A stretch of 64,000 nt of DNA from an uncultured bacterium (GCA_964344315.1 CAYFMU010000006.1:7025-71024); one strand, 5' to 3'. Shown: positions 33,118 through 44,640, counted from the stretch's first letter. Translations and numbers: made by a program. Notes: generated by a model from the letters alone, not told the origin.

Positions 33118-34463
33118 TGAAAAATTGGAAGCCCTCATCTTGGCAAAATTTTAATGCTAAACAGCAACCCCAATGGAAAGATACCTCATTGTATGAAAAA
33201 GTAATAAATGAGATTTCTCAATATCCACCTTTGGTATTTGCTGGAGAGGTTCGCACATTAAAAAAACATTTAGCCGATGCAGCACAAGGAAACGGTTTTC
33301 TTATTCAAGGCGGAGATTGTGCTGAAACCTTTCATGATTTTAAAGCCAATTCTATACGTGATAAATTAAAAATTCTCCTTCAAATGTCAGTTGTACTTAC
33401 TTATGGTGCGTCTTATAATGTAGTAAAAGTAGGACGAATTGCAGGACAATTTGCAAAACCCCGTAGCTCAAATGTTGAAAATAGAAACAATATAGAATTA
33501 CCATCTTATAGAGGTGACGCTGTTAATGATATTGAATTTAATGATGTTTCTCGAACAGCAAATCCAAAACGTCTATTAAAAGCCTACAACCAATCTGCGG
33601 CCACGCTTAATTTGTTGCGTGCATTTACTTTGGGGGGATTTGCAGATTTAAATAAAGTTCATCTATGGAATCAAGAATTTATTTCCAATTCAGCATCTGG
33701 CGAAAAGTATGAAAAAATTGCATCAAGTATTGATGATGCCCTTAAATTTATGAATGCTGTGGGCATAACATCTGATAGCCATTCCCATTTACGAATGGCC
33801 GATTTATATACATCTCATGAAGCATTATTATTAGGTTATGAACAAGCCCTTACTCGGGAAGATTCCATAACAGGAGATTGGTATAATTGCTCTGCGCACT
33901 TTTTATGGATTGGCGATAGAACTCGGCAAATAGATGGTTCTCATGTAGAATTTCTTTCTGGTGTAAAGAACCCCATTGGTATAAAGGCTGGACCATCATT
34001 AACTCCAAAGGAATTGGTAAAATTATCTCAAAAGTTAAATCCAGAAAATGAATGGGGACGTCTTTCAGTAATTACACGTATGGGTGCGGAAAGTATAAGT
34101 GACTATTTACCTCCATTAATTGAAGAATCAAAAAAAGAGGGTCTTAATCTTTTATGGGTATGTGATCCTATGCATGGGAATACATACAAAACAGAGCTTG
34201 GTTTTAAAACACGTCATTTTGATACCATTCTGAAAGAAATACAACAATTTTTTGCAATCCACAATGAACTGGGTACGGTTCCAGGCGGTGTTCATTTTGA
34301 ACTCACTGGAGATAATGTCACAGAATGTTTGGGTGGGGCGCAAGATATCAGTGACTATGATTTAAAGGAACGCTATGAAACGGCTTGCGACCCACGACTA
34401 AACAACGAACAAAGTTTAGAACTAGCATTTTTAATTACAGAATTACTTCGAAATAATAAGTGA
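33117..34463 (+). CDS. 3-deoxy-7-phosphoheptulonate synthase, class II
   Basis: N-terminal W.PSSWQ...AKQQPQW and the length are typical of class II (plant-like) DAHP synthases. ATG 33117 (TAATG overlap with bolA) is preferred; 33099 is also possible. Confidence 0.88.
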   Translation: MKNWKPSSWQNFNAKQQPQWKDTSLYEKVINEISQYPPLVFAGEVRTLKKHLADAAQGNGFLIQGGDCAETFHDFKANSIRDKLKILLQMSVVLTYGASYNVVKVGRIAGQFAKPRSSNVENRNNIELPSYRGDAVNDIEFNDVSRTANPKRLLKAYNQSAATLNLLRAFTLGGFADLNKVHLWNQEFISNSASGEKYEKIASSIDDALKFMNAVGITSDSHSHLRMADLYTSHEALLLGYEQALTREDSITGDWYNCSAHFLWIGDRTRQIDGSHVEFLSGVKNPIGIKAGPSLTPKELVKLSQKLNPENEWGRLSVITRMGAESISDYLPPLIEESKKEGLNLLWVCDPMHGNTYKTELGFKTRHFDTILKEIQQFFAIHNELGTVPGGVHFELTGDNVTECLGGAQDISDYDLKERYETACDPRLNNEQSLELAFLITELLRNNK

Positions 34464-36568
34464 AGCGCATTTCTGTAATATTGGGGAGTATTTTATTTAT
34501 GTCATGCACGGCAAATTCCGAGTTACAATTCAATTATCCTTCAACAAAGCGTGTTCCTCAAGTAGATGACTTTTTTGGTACTAAAGTGGAAGATCCATAT
34601 CGTTGGTTAGAAGATTTAGATTCTGAAGAAGTATTAAGTTGGGCACATTCGTAGCAAGATTTCACACAAGAATATCTAGATAAAATTCCATTTACATCAA
34701 AAATCGAAAAAAAACTTAAAGCAAAATGGAATTATGAACGCATGAGTATGCCATTTCGAAAAGGTGAAAGATATTTTTATTTTCGAAATTCAGGGCTTCA
34801 AAATCATTCTATTTTATACTATAAAAATGGACTTGAAGGAGAGGAAAAATTACTACTAGACCCCAATACCTTTAGTGAAGATGGTTCAAAATCACTTTCT
34901 ATGACAAGTGTGAGTAAGGATGGTAGATATATTGCTTATGGCATATCCCAAAGTGGAAGTGATTGGGATGAATATTTTGTATATGATATTGAAGAGGGTA
35001 AAAAATTAAATGACCATTTGAAATGGATTAAATTTTCTGATGCATCATGGCTACCAGATGGAAGTAGCTTTTATTATAGCCGTTATCCTCGGCCATCAGG
35101 TGATGAATATGAAGACCAAAATCAGCATAATAAACTCTATCTCCATAAATTGGGAGATGATCAGCATCAAGATAAATTGGTTTATGAAGATGTAAACAAC
35201 CCTGGTTATGGATTTTTTACATTTATAACAGAAGACGAGCAGTATCAAATTTTAGGGATTTGGTCAGGGGCAAACGATCATAATCTATTGTATTATCGCC
35301 ACTTTAATAGTGATGAAGAATTTATACCCATCATTAAAGAATGGCTCAGCGATTTTAGTTATAAATTCAATTTTGGTGATGAATTTTATATCTCGACAAA
35401 GTACAATGCACCCAATGGAAAATTGATGAAGTTTAATCTTTCGGACCCATCATTGAATCATTGGGAAACGGTAATTCCCGAAAACAAGAATGTATTACAA
35501 GGACTAAGAATTGTTAACAAAAATCAATGGATTGCCACGTATAATGAAGATTTAGCTGATATTGTATACGTATATAATCTCCAAGGAAATTTTGTTAAAG
35601 AGATTGAACTTCCAGATTTAGGCTCTGTTGGATTTTCAGGTAGATGGGATGACGCCACTATATTCTATTCATTTTCCTCATACTTATACCCAAACACAAT
35701 ATATACATTAGATTTAAACTCTTTTGAATCAACTCCATATTGGACAACTAATAAAATTCAAAATACAGATGAATATATTTTAAAACGCAAATTTTATTCA
35801 AGTAAAGACGGGACAAAAATTCCCATGTTCATTTTGCATAAAAAGGATATGAATCTAAATGGAGAAAATCCAACTTATTTATATGGGTATGGTGGTTTTA
35901 ATGGAAGTGTTTCTCCCTATTTTTCTGTATCACGCTTAACATGGTTAGAATTAGGTGGTGTATTGGCATTTCCGGCTTTACGCGGCGGCGGCGAATACGG
36001 TGAAGAGTGGCATCAGGCAGGAATGTTGCATAAAAAACAAAATGTATTCGATGACTTTATTTACGCCGCAGAATATTTGATTGACAATCAATATACATCG
36101 CCAGAAAAACTAGCCATTGGTGGCGGTAGTAATGGTGGACTTCTTGTGTCAGCATGTATGCTTCAACGCCCAGATTTATTTACTGCCGTAGATTGTTCGG
36201 TTCCGGTTACAGACATGCTTCGTTTTCATAAATTTACCATTGGCTGGGCATGGGTGCCTGAATATGGTAGCTCTGAAAATGAAGAGCAATTTAATTTTTT
36301 GATTGAATACTCACCCGTCCATAATGTTAAGAAGAGTGAGTACCCCTCCATTATGATTTCAACAGGAGATCATGATGATAGAGTGGTACCATCACATTCA
36401 TATAAATTAGCGGCAGAATTACAGCATAATAATAAAAGTGATAGTCCTATGTTACTTCGTGTACATGGTAAAGCTGGGCATGGTGCGGGGAAACCCACAA
36501 ATCAAGTAATTAAAGAAATTGCAGAAACGTGGGCATTTTTACTATTTGAAATGGGTGTTTCTATTTAG
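34460..36568 (+). pseudogene. Prolyl oligopeptidase (S9A) interrupted by a single in-frame TAG
   Basis: ORFs 34460..34654 and 34742..36568 are in the same frame, and the 87 nt between them are open. The only stop is TAG at 34652..34654. Lipobox FMSC. The S9 blocks GGSNGGLL, DHDDRVVP and KAGHGAGKP are intact. Confidence 0.85.
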
Positions 36569-37010
36569 TACCTTCTGCTTCGGCAAATTTTTTAAAATTC
36601 TCCATAAATTGAAATGTTTGTTTTTTAAATGCTCCTGGCATAATGAAGCACATAATTTTTGTAATTCCTGAGCAATGGAATTCAGTTGTAGTAATCCACT
36701 TGGTATTATTTGAATCAATTTCCTCAAATAAATTTTGCATGGGATTACGAACTCCCTTCGTTTCATAAATTCCAGAAAATTCATGAGGAAAGTTTCTTAC
36801 CGTAATAGTTTCGGTCATTTCAATTTCACGTTTACCCATGGCTACAACCAATTTAGATACTGCACCTACTTGTCCTGGTTCACCACTTACATGGTCAAAA
36901 CTTTTTAACTCGGGCTGCCATTTATATAAATTTTCTGTGCTATCAAATAATTCAATAACACGATCTCTTGGTAATGCAATATCTATATTAAGTGAATATT
37001 TTAATGCCAT
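36561..37010 (-). CDS. SRPBCC (START/Bet v1-like) superfamily protein
   Basis: About 149 aa from ATG 37010; the ORF-track start at 37049 is GTG. The assignment rests on size and general pattern only. Confidence 0.45.
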   Translation of the reverse strand: MALKYSLNIDIALPRDRVIELFDSTENLYKWQPELKSFDHVSGEPGQVGAVSKLVVAMGKREIEMTETITVRNFPHEFSGIYETKGVRNPMQNLFEEIDSNNTKWITTTEFHCSGITKIMCFIMPGAFKKQTFQFMENFKKFAEAEGTK

Positions 37011-37144
37011 TTTTTCCCCATTTATTTGGCTTAAAGTTCTAATAATCACCGTGAAATGTACAAGCTATTTGATGTTTCACATGGCAGTATTGTCATAAAT
37101 TTACCCGTTTAATCCTACAAAATTTTTAATAATTGGAGCATTCT

Positions 37145-38476
37145 ATGGCAAATGTAAATATTACCGGTTATGGAGATGATCTTACCATAAATGGAACACG
37201 AATTGGAGACTTGTCTCCTAAAGGTCACGAAGATATTGAAAAAAATATGGGTGGCCAAAATTATAAACCTTTGGAAAATGTAGTGGTTTCTCATGTTCAA
37301 GATTCATCTACATTAATCTGCAGAAAACCAGATCCAAATGATATAAATAAATTTATAGAAGAAGAGTTAACCGATGGTTTGTGTTGTTATTCAGCAGTAA
37401 ATCAAGGGCAACTAAATCAATCAATTGTTGATGCTGTCGTTAAGCATTTAACCGAAGAAAAACTTCCAACTGTGCCTCGTTCAATTCGCCATAAATATAT
37501 GAGCGCGTTTCTCATGGCAGTTACAGGTATTACAGAAATGGATAGAGTAGTACCTAAAGTTGCAGGCGTTGAAGCACCAGAGTTAATGTTCAAATTGTCA
37601 AGACGATGGGGATATGAAGTAAAAGGTATTCCTGTAAATGAAGCAATTGTTGTGGCTGCTAAGGGGAATTTCCATGGTCGTTCTATGACGGCTATTTCAC
37701 TTTCTGATGACCCTGATGCTAAAGAAAATTTTGGTCCATTTGTTCCCGGAATTGAGTTGGTTCCATTTAATGATATTGATGCATTGGAAACTCTTTTTAA
37801 AGACAAAGGGGATAAAATTGCATCGTATTTAGTTGAACCTATCCAAGGTGAAGCCGGAGTAATTGTCCCTGATGATGATTATTTCAAAAAAGTTCGTCAA
37901 CTCTGTGACGACTATAATATTCTTTTAGCAATGGATGAAGTCCAAACCGGGTTTGGCCGTACAGGAGCAAACTTTGCACATCAATTATTTGGTGTTAAAC
38001 CAGATCTCATGGGCTGTGGAAAAGCAGCAGGTGGTGGAATTTTGCCCGTTTCATTTGTAGCAGGCCGTGATGATGTAATTGGAGTACTTACGCCAGGGTC
38101 AGAAGGTTCAACTTTTGGGGGCTATCCTTTAGCGTCCGTTGTTTCGGTGTATGCTATAAAAGCGATGGTAGATGAAAATCTTGCAGAATGTGCCCGAACA
38201 AGAGGGGCTCAACTCCTAAATCACTTTGAGGATATTAAGGCAGAGTTTCCCGATAAAATAAAAGAAGTACGAGGACGTGGACTCTTGACTGCATTTGAGA
38301 TGCATAATGCACCACACTTAGATGGACACACTGTTTCTGTTGAATTATTGAATAGAGGTGTATATGCAAAGGAAACTCACCACAGTACGGTAAGAGTTGC
38401 CCCTGCATTAACTATTCAAGCTTGGCAAATTGATAATATAGCTGAAGCGGTTAGGGATGTTATAAAGGCACTTTAA
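37145..38476 (+). CDS. rocD: Ornithine aminotransferase-like class III aminotransferase
   Basis: YSAVNQG, GNFHGRS, EPIQGEAGVIVPDDDYF, MDEVQTGFGRTG and GKAAGGGILPVS (PLP Lys). ATG 37145 is preceded by GGAG; the ORF-track start at 37133 is TTG. Confidence 0.85.
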   Translation: MANVNITGYGDDLTINGTRIGDLSPKGHEDIEKNMGGQNYKPLENVVVSHVQDSSTLICRKPDPNDINKFIEEELTDGLCCYSAVNQGQLNQSIVDAVVKHLTEEKLPTVPRSIRHKYMSAFLMAVTGITEMDRVVPKVAGVEAPELMFKLSRRWGYEVKGIPVNEAIVVAAKGNFHGRSMTAISLSDDPDAKENFGPFVPGIELVPFNDIDALETLFKDKGDKIASYLVEPIQGEAGVIVPDDDYFKKVRQLCDDYNILLAMDEVQTGFGRTGANFAHQLFGVKPDLMGCGKAAGGGILPVSFVAGRDDVIGVLTPGSEGSTFGGYPLASVVSVYAIKAMVDENLAECARTRGAQLLNHFEDIKAEFPDKIKEVRGRGLLTAFEMHNAPHLDGHTVSVELLNRGVYAKETHHSTVRVAPALTIQAWQIDNIAEAVRDVIKAL

Positions 38477-38496
38477 AACAAAAAACACTGCTGTTC

Positions 38497-38526
38497 AAAT
38501 CCCCTCGAAAGAGGGGATTTGTTTTT
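38497..38526 (+). terminator. Rho-independent terminator after rocD
   Basis: 10-bp stem AAATCCCCTC / GAGGGGATTT with a GAAA loop, then GTTTTT. Confidence 0.87.
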
Positions 38527-38578
38527 ATGGCAATTTACTTTTCAATATAATTTCTTTTTTAATAACTTACCCGTTCAC

Positions 38579-41500
38579 ATGCATCCAATAATCATCATAT
38601 TGCTTATTACCCTTGCGGTACACTTTTTTACATGGACATATGTCTTTGCTCTAAACAGACGTGTATCATTGAATAAAACATATCTAGTATGGGTTGGATC
38701 CTTTATTTGTTGGATTTTTATGGACATAATGATGAGAAGTGTTTGGGAGGATACTTCCACCCTCTTGTTAAGAAGAATTATGTCTATCTTTTGGCAATTT
38801 TTAGGATTTGGTCTTGTAAACTTTATTTATGCTTTTTTAAACAAAAAACGCGATAACATTTACTACTTTTTTGGACTAAGCTATATTACGTTTGTAGCAA
38901 TTAGTTTTTTCACTGATTTAGCATTACCTCCTAATTTATATTTTAATCTCACCTTTGTATTTAATATTCTATTCCCAACCATTTACACGTTGTATACATT
39001 GCTTTATACATACACAAATAGTGAAAACCAAAAATATAATAAGCAGATTAAATCCATAATTTGGGGATGTGTAGTTGCATTTATACTTGGCTTTCTAGGT
39101 GATATTGTAGTTCACAATACTTGGGGAAATGATGTAAAATGGAGAATTGGATCAACAGTAACGATTCTACAGGCAGTTGTTTTTCTTCCCGCAATAATTA
39201 AGTATAATTTTCTCTTAACGCCTGTTGATGAGCGTGCAGTAAATTTATTTACATCCGTAGAAGAGGGGCTTATAATCATCAATGATAAAGGTGAAATTTT
39301 AAATTTAAATGAGCGTGCAAAGTCGTTATTAAGTGTGGAGAAAAAGCAGTGGAAACATCGACTCATTGATGAATATTTAAATAATTTTGCTATCGGGAAA
39401 GTATATAAAAATTATGAAATGCAATTAATAGAAAATCAAAATATATGGGTATCATGTTCTGTTTCACAGGTAAAAGAAATGAATGTTTTACTTGGGTTTA
39501 TCATTATATTCAGAGATGTTACTGATCGTCATATTGCTCAAACAGCATTAGCAGAAAGTGAACAGAAACTTCAACAAACACAGTCTGGAGCACAAGTAGG
39601 AAATTTTCAATATGACATATTAGATGATGAGGTAGTGTGGTCAAATGAATTATATCGAATTTATGGAATTGATCCCCTCGAATTTATTCCATCAAATCAA
39701 AACTTCTTAAATAAAATTGTTCATCCAGAAGATAAAGAATATGTTACTGAATGTATTGAGCAATCCATTAAAGACAATGTCCCAATAGATTATATACATC
39801 GAATAGTTCGCCCCGATGGTGAGATAAGAACCATGCATTGTATTGCGAGTACAGAATATGAAAAAGGAAAGCCAGTTGCTATATATGGTACATCACAAGA
39901 TGTGACGGAATTGTATAATGCGCGTGCCGAGTTACGGAAAAATGAAAAACAATACCGAAATCTGTTTGAGGGTTCTCCAGATGGAATTGTAATACATGAT
40001 TTAGAAAATATTTACTTTGCCAATTCTGCTACAGCAAAAATGGCAAATCTTCCCAGTACAAAAGAGCTCATTGGTCTAAATCCAACTCTATTTTTCCCAG
40101 AAGAAGAACGCGAACGAATGATGAGCAGAGTACAGTCTTTTCTAGAAGGAGAAAAGGTAGATATAAAATATGACTGGTATATTTCAAATTCTGGCGAAAG
40201 ACTATTTATCGAAGCCAAAAGTGTATTGATTAACTATAATGGAAAGCAGGTTTTACAATCTACTTTGCGTGATATTACAGAGCGTAAGCGTGCCGAAGAA
40301 GCACTATCCGAAAGTGAAGATCGATATAGGCGCTTAGTAGATTCTTCCCCATATTCAATAGTTGTTCATATTAATGATAAAATTGTATTTGCCAATAAAG
40401 TTGCAATCTCGACTTTAACTAATAATAATAATTCCAATATTTTGGGTAAATCAATTTGGGAGTTTATACATCCAGATAATATAAATGAAGCTAAAGAGCG
40501 AATTGAAAAAGTATACGAAAATCAGACGATTCCCATGGTTGAACAAAAAATTATTAGAACGGATAAATCTGAAATTTTTGTAGAGATTAAGGGAATTTCA
40601 ATTACGTATAATAATCAAGAGGCTATTCAATCAGTTTTTCGAGATATAAGTGATAGAAAACTTACTGAAAAAGAATTGAGAGAAAGCGAGGATAGATATC
40701 GTTATGTAATAGAAAATTCCACAGATATTATTTATAATACAGATTTTGAAGGTAAAATTACATTTGTAAATCCAGTATTCGAAGCAATTTCAGGCTATAC
40801 AGAATCAGAAGTATTAGGTGTTGATGCTAATGAATTTGTTGCACCAACCTATAAAGAAAAGATTAAAGAAATCTACTATGACTTTTTTATTTCTCATGAA
40901 ACTAGTTTTGTTACGATTATTCCAGCTATTTCCAAATTTGGAAATTTGATTTGGTTAGAGTTGAATACAAATAAAATACAAGAAGGTAAATTTGTATTAG
41001 GCTATACCATTATTGCACGGGATATAACATTAAGGAAAAATGCTGAAGATGCATTAGTTGAAAGCGAAGAGAAATATCGTACTTTGGTTGAGAATTCAAC
41101 AGAAATGATTTATAAGACTGATTTAGATGGGAATTATACGTACGTAAATCGAGTTATAGTGGAGAATTCGGGATTTTCAGAAGAAGAATTCCTAAATATG
41201 AATGTTTTTGATTTTATATTAGAAAGTTATAAAAGAGAAGTCCGTAATTATTATGCAAGACAGATTAAAGATAATAAGGCTATTGCATATTTTGAATTAC
41301 CCTGTTACAACAAGGATAAAGAAGTATTTTGGATTGGCCAATTATCACGATTAAATGTAGATGATAAAGGAAATCCTGTGGGATTTTCAATAACTGCAAG
41401 GGATATTACAGAAAAGCACAATGCTGAAACGGAATTAAAGGTGAGTGAGGAGCAGTATAGAAAGCTTGTGGAATCCTCTCCAGACGGGATTATCATTTAT

Positions 41501-44008
41501 AACAAAGAAGGCATATTGTTCGCCAATGAAATGGCGTTAAAACTTGCCAGAGCAAAAAATGAAACTGACCTAATTGGTAAACCCGTTTTAAATTTTATTC
41601 ACCCAAGCAATTTAGACTCTATAAAAGAGCGTATAGAAAAAATATATGCAGGTGAAGATTTAGACCATGAACATCAAACTTTTCTTCGAATAGATGGAAC
41701 GTCTTTTCACGCCGAAGCTAAAGGTGTGCTTATTACATTTAATAATAAACCTGCAGTACAAACTACAATTCGGAATATTTCTGATAGGCTTAAAGCAGAG
41801 CAAGTATTAAAAAACAGTGAACAAAGATATAGAGAACTATATGATAATGCACCTGCGGCATACTTTACTATATCTAAGGATGGTTTAATTGAATCATGTA
41901 ACGCACGTGTTTCTGAAATTTTAAATTATGATATTAAAGAACTCATCGGTAAAAAAATATTTAGCTTGTATGCTGATAATGACTATGGCAAACCAAGGGC
42001 GATGAAGGTATTTGAGCGGTTCAAACAAGGGCACATTTCTTTGAATGAAGAGCTCCAAATGATGAAAAAAGATGGGACCTCTATTTGGATTAACCTTACC
42101 GTATTTCCCGTAAAAGATAGTGAGGGGGAAATTGTTGAAACGCGTTCAATGGTAGTAGATATACATCAGCGAAAAGAAACTCAACGACAGCTAGAATCTA
42201 ATCGATTACAAATGCTTCAAGCCCAAAACATTGCCCAATTAGGAAGTTGGGAATGGGATTTAATTAATGAGAAATATTCATGGTCTGACAATCTTTATGA
42301 TTTATACGGAGTAAATCGCCAGGCGTTTGAAATTTCGGAAGAAAACTTTATTAGTTTGGTTCATGAAGATGATCGAAAGTATGTGAGAAAAACTATAAGT
42401 GATTGCCTTACTACTCAGATCCCCATGGATTATTACCATCGAACAATACCTATTAATGATAAAACGAGAACGATGCATTGCAACGGGATTGTTATTTCAG
42501 ATGAAAATGGAAATCCACTATCAATGGTAGGTACGGCTCAAGATGTAACTTCTCAGATAGAAGCAGAACAAGCACTAAAAGAGAGTGAAAAACGGTTGGC
42601 AAATGCACAATCTGTTGCACATCTAGGCAATTGGCAAGAAAATCATATCACAGGTGAATTGTATTGGTCTGATGAATGTAAACGTGTGTTAGGTTTTAAA
42701 GAAAACGAAGATATATCTCATGGATTATTTTGGGATTTAGTCCATCCCAATGATGTAGATGAATTAAAGGAAAAATGGGCATACAACGAAGAAATAATGA
42801 AACCTTACGAGGGTATATTTAGGATAATTTTGAAAAATGGCTCAGTTCGACATATTCGTGAAAAAGCAAATTTCAAGAAGGATGCCAACGGACAGCTCTT
42901 ATTAACTATTGGTACCGTACAAGATATAACCGAATTAGAGGAGTCTCGACTTCTAATAGAGAAAAGTCAAAAAAGATTACAAGAAGCACAGCATCTAGCG
43001 CATATTGGAAATTGGGAGTTTGATGCACAAACTGGCAACACCTTTTTGTCTAATGAGTGTAAACTTTTATTTGGATTTTCAATAAATCAGCACATCGAAA
43101 ATGAGGAATTCTGGAAAAAAATACATCCTGAAGACCATGATTGGCTATTAGAATTATGGAATAATTCTAAGGAGTCTCTAAAGCCCTATAAAGTAGTTTA
43201 TAGAATATATAAAGATAGTGATCTAAGATTCCTGAGAGAATCAACAGAGTTTACCGCAGACAAAAATGGAAAAATGTTAAAATGCTTGGGAACGATTCAG
43301 GATATTACCGCAGAACGTGAAGCAGAAGATGAAATTAGAAATTCACGAGAAGAGCTTCGAGAACTATCAAAACATTTACAGACTATTCAAGAAGAGGAAC
43401 GTGCTTTTATTGCAAGGGAAATCCATGACGAATTGGGTCAACGATTAACTGGAATTAAGATGGATTTATCATGGATAAAAAATAAATTATCGGATGAAAA
43501 TGTTGACCTTTTTGAACGGATTACGTCCTTAAACGAGTTAATTGATGATACAGTGAAATCCGTTCGAAAAATAAGCTCAGAACTGCACCCAGCAATTTTA
43601 GATGATTTAGGTTTACGAGCGGCAATTGAATGGCAAGTAAGTGAATTTGAAAAACGAACTGAAATTAACTGTGATATGAACCTTGAAGAAAACGATTTGG
43701 ATTTTGACAAAGATCAAGCTAAGGCGATTTTTAGAATTCTTCAAGAATCTCTTACCAATATAATGAGGCACTCACAGGCAAAAAATGTAGAAATAAATCT
43801 ACTGCAGGCTAATGATGAAATTGGGTTAAATATTAAAGATGATGGAGTTGGGATTAAACATTTGAATGAATCCGCACAAAAATCATTTGGAATTTTAGGC
43901 ATGAAAGAGAGAGCTTACTCGCTTGGTGGAACCTTAACAATTTTAAGTGAAGAAAATAAAGGCACAAATATTAATTTAAGTATCCCTGTTGAAATGGAGA
44001 AAATATGA
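38579..44008 (+). CDS. Giant sensor histidine kinase: 7-TM input domain, about 11 tandem PAS domains, HisKA_3 plus HATPase_c
   Basis: The first ATG after the terminator is 38579. Seven hydrophobic helices are followed by a PAS array (about 39230..43330) with recurring S-E-x-(R/K/Q)-Y-R linkers. The H-box is REIHDELGQRL (His codon 43424..43426), and the ATPase has N and G boxes (LTNIMRHS, DDGVGI, GILGMKERA). Confidence 0.9.
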   Translation: MHPIIIILLITLAVHFFTWTYVFALNRRVSLNKTYLVWVGSFICWIFMDIMMRSVWEDTSTLLLRRIMSIFWQFLGFGLVNFIYAFLNKKRDNIYYFFGLSYITFVAISFFTDLALPPNLYFNLTFVFNILFPTIYTLYTLLYTYTNSENQKYNKQIKSIIWGCVVAFILGFLGDIVVHNTWGNDVKWRIGSTVTILQAVVFLPAIIKYNFLLTPVDERAVNLFTSVEEGLIIINDKGEILNLNERAKSLLSVEKKQWKHRLIDEYLNNFAIGKVYKNYEMQLIENQNIWVSCSVSQVKEMNVLLGFIIIFRDVTDRHIAQTALAESEQKLQQTQSGAQVGNFQYDILDDEVVWSNELYRIYGIDPLEFIPSNQNFLNKIVHPEDKEYVTECIEQSIKDNVPIDYIHRIVRPDGEIRTMHCIASTEYEKGKPVAIYGTSQDVTELYNARAELRKNEKQYRNLFEGSPDGIVIHDLENIYFANSATAKMANLPSTKELIGLNPTLFFPEEERERMMSRVQSFLEGEKVDIKYDWYISNSGERLFIEAKSVLINYNGKQVLQSTLRDITERKRAEEALSESEDRYRRLVDSSPYSIVVHINDKIVFANKVAISTLTNNNNSNILGKSIWEFIHPDNINEAKERIEKVYENQTIPMVEQKIIRTDKSEIFVEIKGISITYNNQEAIQSVFRDISDRKLTEKELRESEDRYRYVIENSTDIIYNTDFEGKITFVNPVFEAISGYTESEVLGVDANEFVAPTYKEKIKEIYYDFFISHETSFVTIIPAISKFGNLIWLELNTNKIQEGKFVLGYTIIARDITLRKNAEDALVESEEKYRTLVENSTEMIYKTDLDGNYTYVNRVIVENSGFSEEEFLNMNVFDFILESYKREVRNYYARQIKDNKAIAYFELPCYNKDKEVFWIGQLSRLNVDDKGNPVGFSITARDITEKHNAETELKVSEEQYRKLVESSPDGIIIYNKEGILFANEMALKLARAKNETDLIGKPVLNFIHPSNLDSIKERIEKIYAGEDLDHEHQTFLRIDGTSFHAEAKGVLITFNNKPAVQTTIRNISDRLKAEQVLKNSEQRYRELYDNAPAAYFTISKDGLIESCNARVSEILNYDIKELIGKKIFSLYADNDYGKPRAMKVFERFKQGHISLNEELQMMKKDGTSIWINLTVFPVKDSEGEIVETRSMVVDIHQRKETQRQLESNRLQMLQAQNIAQLGSWEWDLINEKYSWSDNLYDLYGVNRQAFEISEENFISLVHEDDRKYVRKTISDCLTTQIPMDYYHRTIPINDKTRTMHCNGIVISDENGNPLSMVGTAQDVTSQIEAEQALKESEKRLANAQSVAHLGNWQENHITGELYWSDECKRVLGFKENEDISHGLFWDLVHPNDVDELKEKWAYNEEIMKPYEGIFRIILKNGSVRHIREKANFKKDANGQLLLTIGTVQDITELEESRLLIEKSQKRLQEAQHLAHIGNWEFDAQTGNTFLSNECKLLFGFSINQHIENEEFWKKIHPEDHDWLLELWNNSKESLKPYKVVYRIYKDSDLRFLRESTEFTADKNGKMLKCLGTIQDITAEREAEDEIRNSREELRELSKHLQTIQEEERAFIAREIHDELGQRLTGIKMDLSWIKNKLSDENVDLFERITSLNELIDDTVKSVRKISSELHPAILDDLGLRAAIEWQVSEFEKRTEINCDMNLEENDLDFDKDQAKAIFRILQESLTNIMRHSQAKNVEINLLQANDEIGLNIKDDGVGIKHLNESAQKSFGILGMKERAYSLGGTLTILSEENKGTNINLSIPVEMEKI

Positions 44009-44640
44009 TAAAAATACTCATCGTCGATGATCATGCAATTGTAAGAGATGGACTAAAACGAATAATTAATGAAACTTCTGGAATGGAAGTGGTAGATGAA
44101 GCAGAAAATGGACAAATTGCATTAGAAAAAATTTGGAATAAGATTGATATAGACATCGTTATTTTGGATATATCCATGCCTGGACGATCAGGGCTTGATG
44201 TCTTGAAAGAGATAAAGAACTTTAATTCTAGCATCCCTGTGCTCATGCTAAGCATGCATGCGGAGGATCAGTATGCACTCCGAACATTAAAAGCAGGTGC
44301 CTCAGGATATGTTACAAAAGAAGTAGCTTCAACTAAGTTAGTAGATGCAATTCGAAAAATTAATAGTGGTAGTAAATTCATTAGCGAAGAAGTTGCAGAA
44401 CTTTTAGCCCTAAGTTTAAATGAAAAAAATACAGATGTTCCCCATAAACAACTATCGGATAGAGAGTATCAGGTTTTAACGATGATATCCTCTGGGAAAA
44501 CAGTTATAGAGATTTCGAAAGAATTAAATTTAAGTGATAAAACTATCAGTACCTACCGAACAAGAATTCTAGAAAAAATGAAAATGAAAACTAATGCAGA
44601 GCTTACCCATTATGCTATTTCGAATAAATTGGTCGACTAA
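44005..44640 (+). CDS. NarL/FixJ-family response regulator (REC plus LuxR HTH)
   Basis: ILIVDDH...VILDISMPG receiver and a C-terminal LSDREYQVLTMISSGKTVIEISKELNLSDKTISTYRTRILEKM. ATGA overlap with the kinase stop. Confidence 0.92.
   Translation: MIKILIVDDHAIVRDGLKRIINETSGMEVVDEAENGQIALEKIWNKIDIDIVILDISMPGRSGLDVLKEIKNFNSSIPVLMLSMHAEDQYALRTLKAGASGYVTKEVASTKLVDAIRKINSGSKFISEEVAELLALSLNEKNTDVPHKQLSDREYQVLTMISSGKTVIEISKELNLSDKTISTYRTRILEKMKMKTNAELTHYAISNKLVD

Noticed and set aside
34652-34654. Possibility that TAG (in POP) or TGA (in the peroxiredoxin) reflects a genome-wide alternative genetic code
   Set aside because: TAG terminates POP itself, topA, the 57003 ORF and the 63068 ORF. TGA terminates secF, sodN, the sensor kinase, DAHP synthase and atpZ at positions consistent with family lengths. 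Both are therefore normal stops in this genome.
37051-37080. Inverted repeat GTGAAA-N18-TTTCAC in the divergent SRPBCC/rocD intergenic region
   Set aside because: The arms are only 6 bp with long spacing in AT-rich DNA, and it matches no operator consensus I know. It could be an operator, but the evidence is too thin to call.
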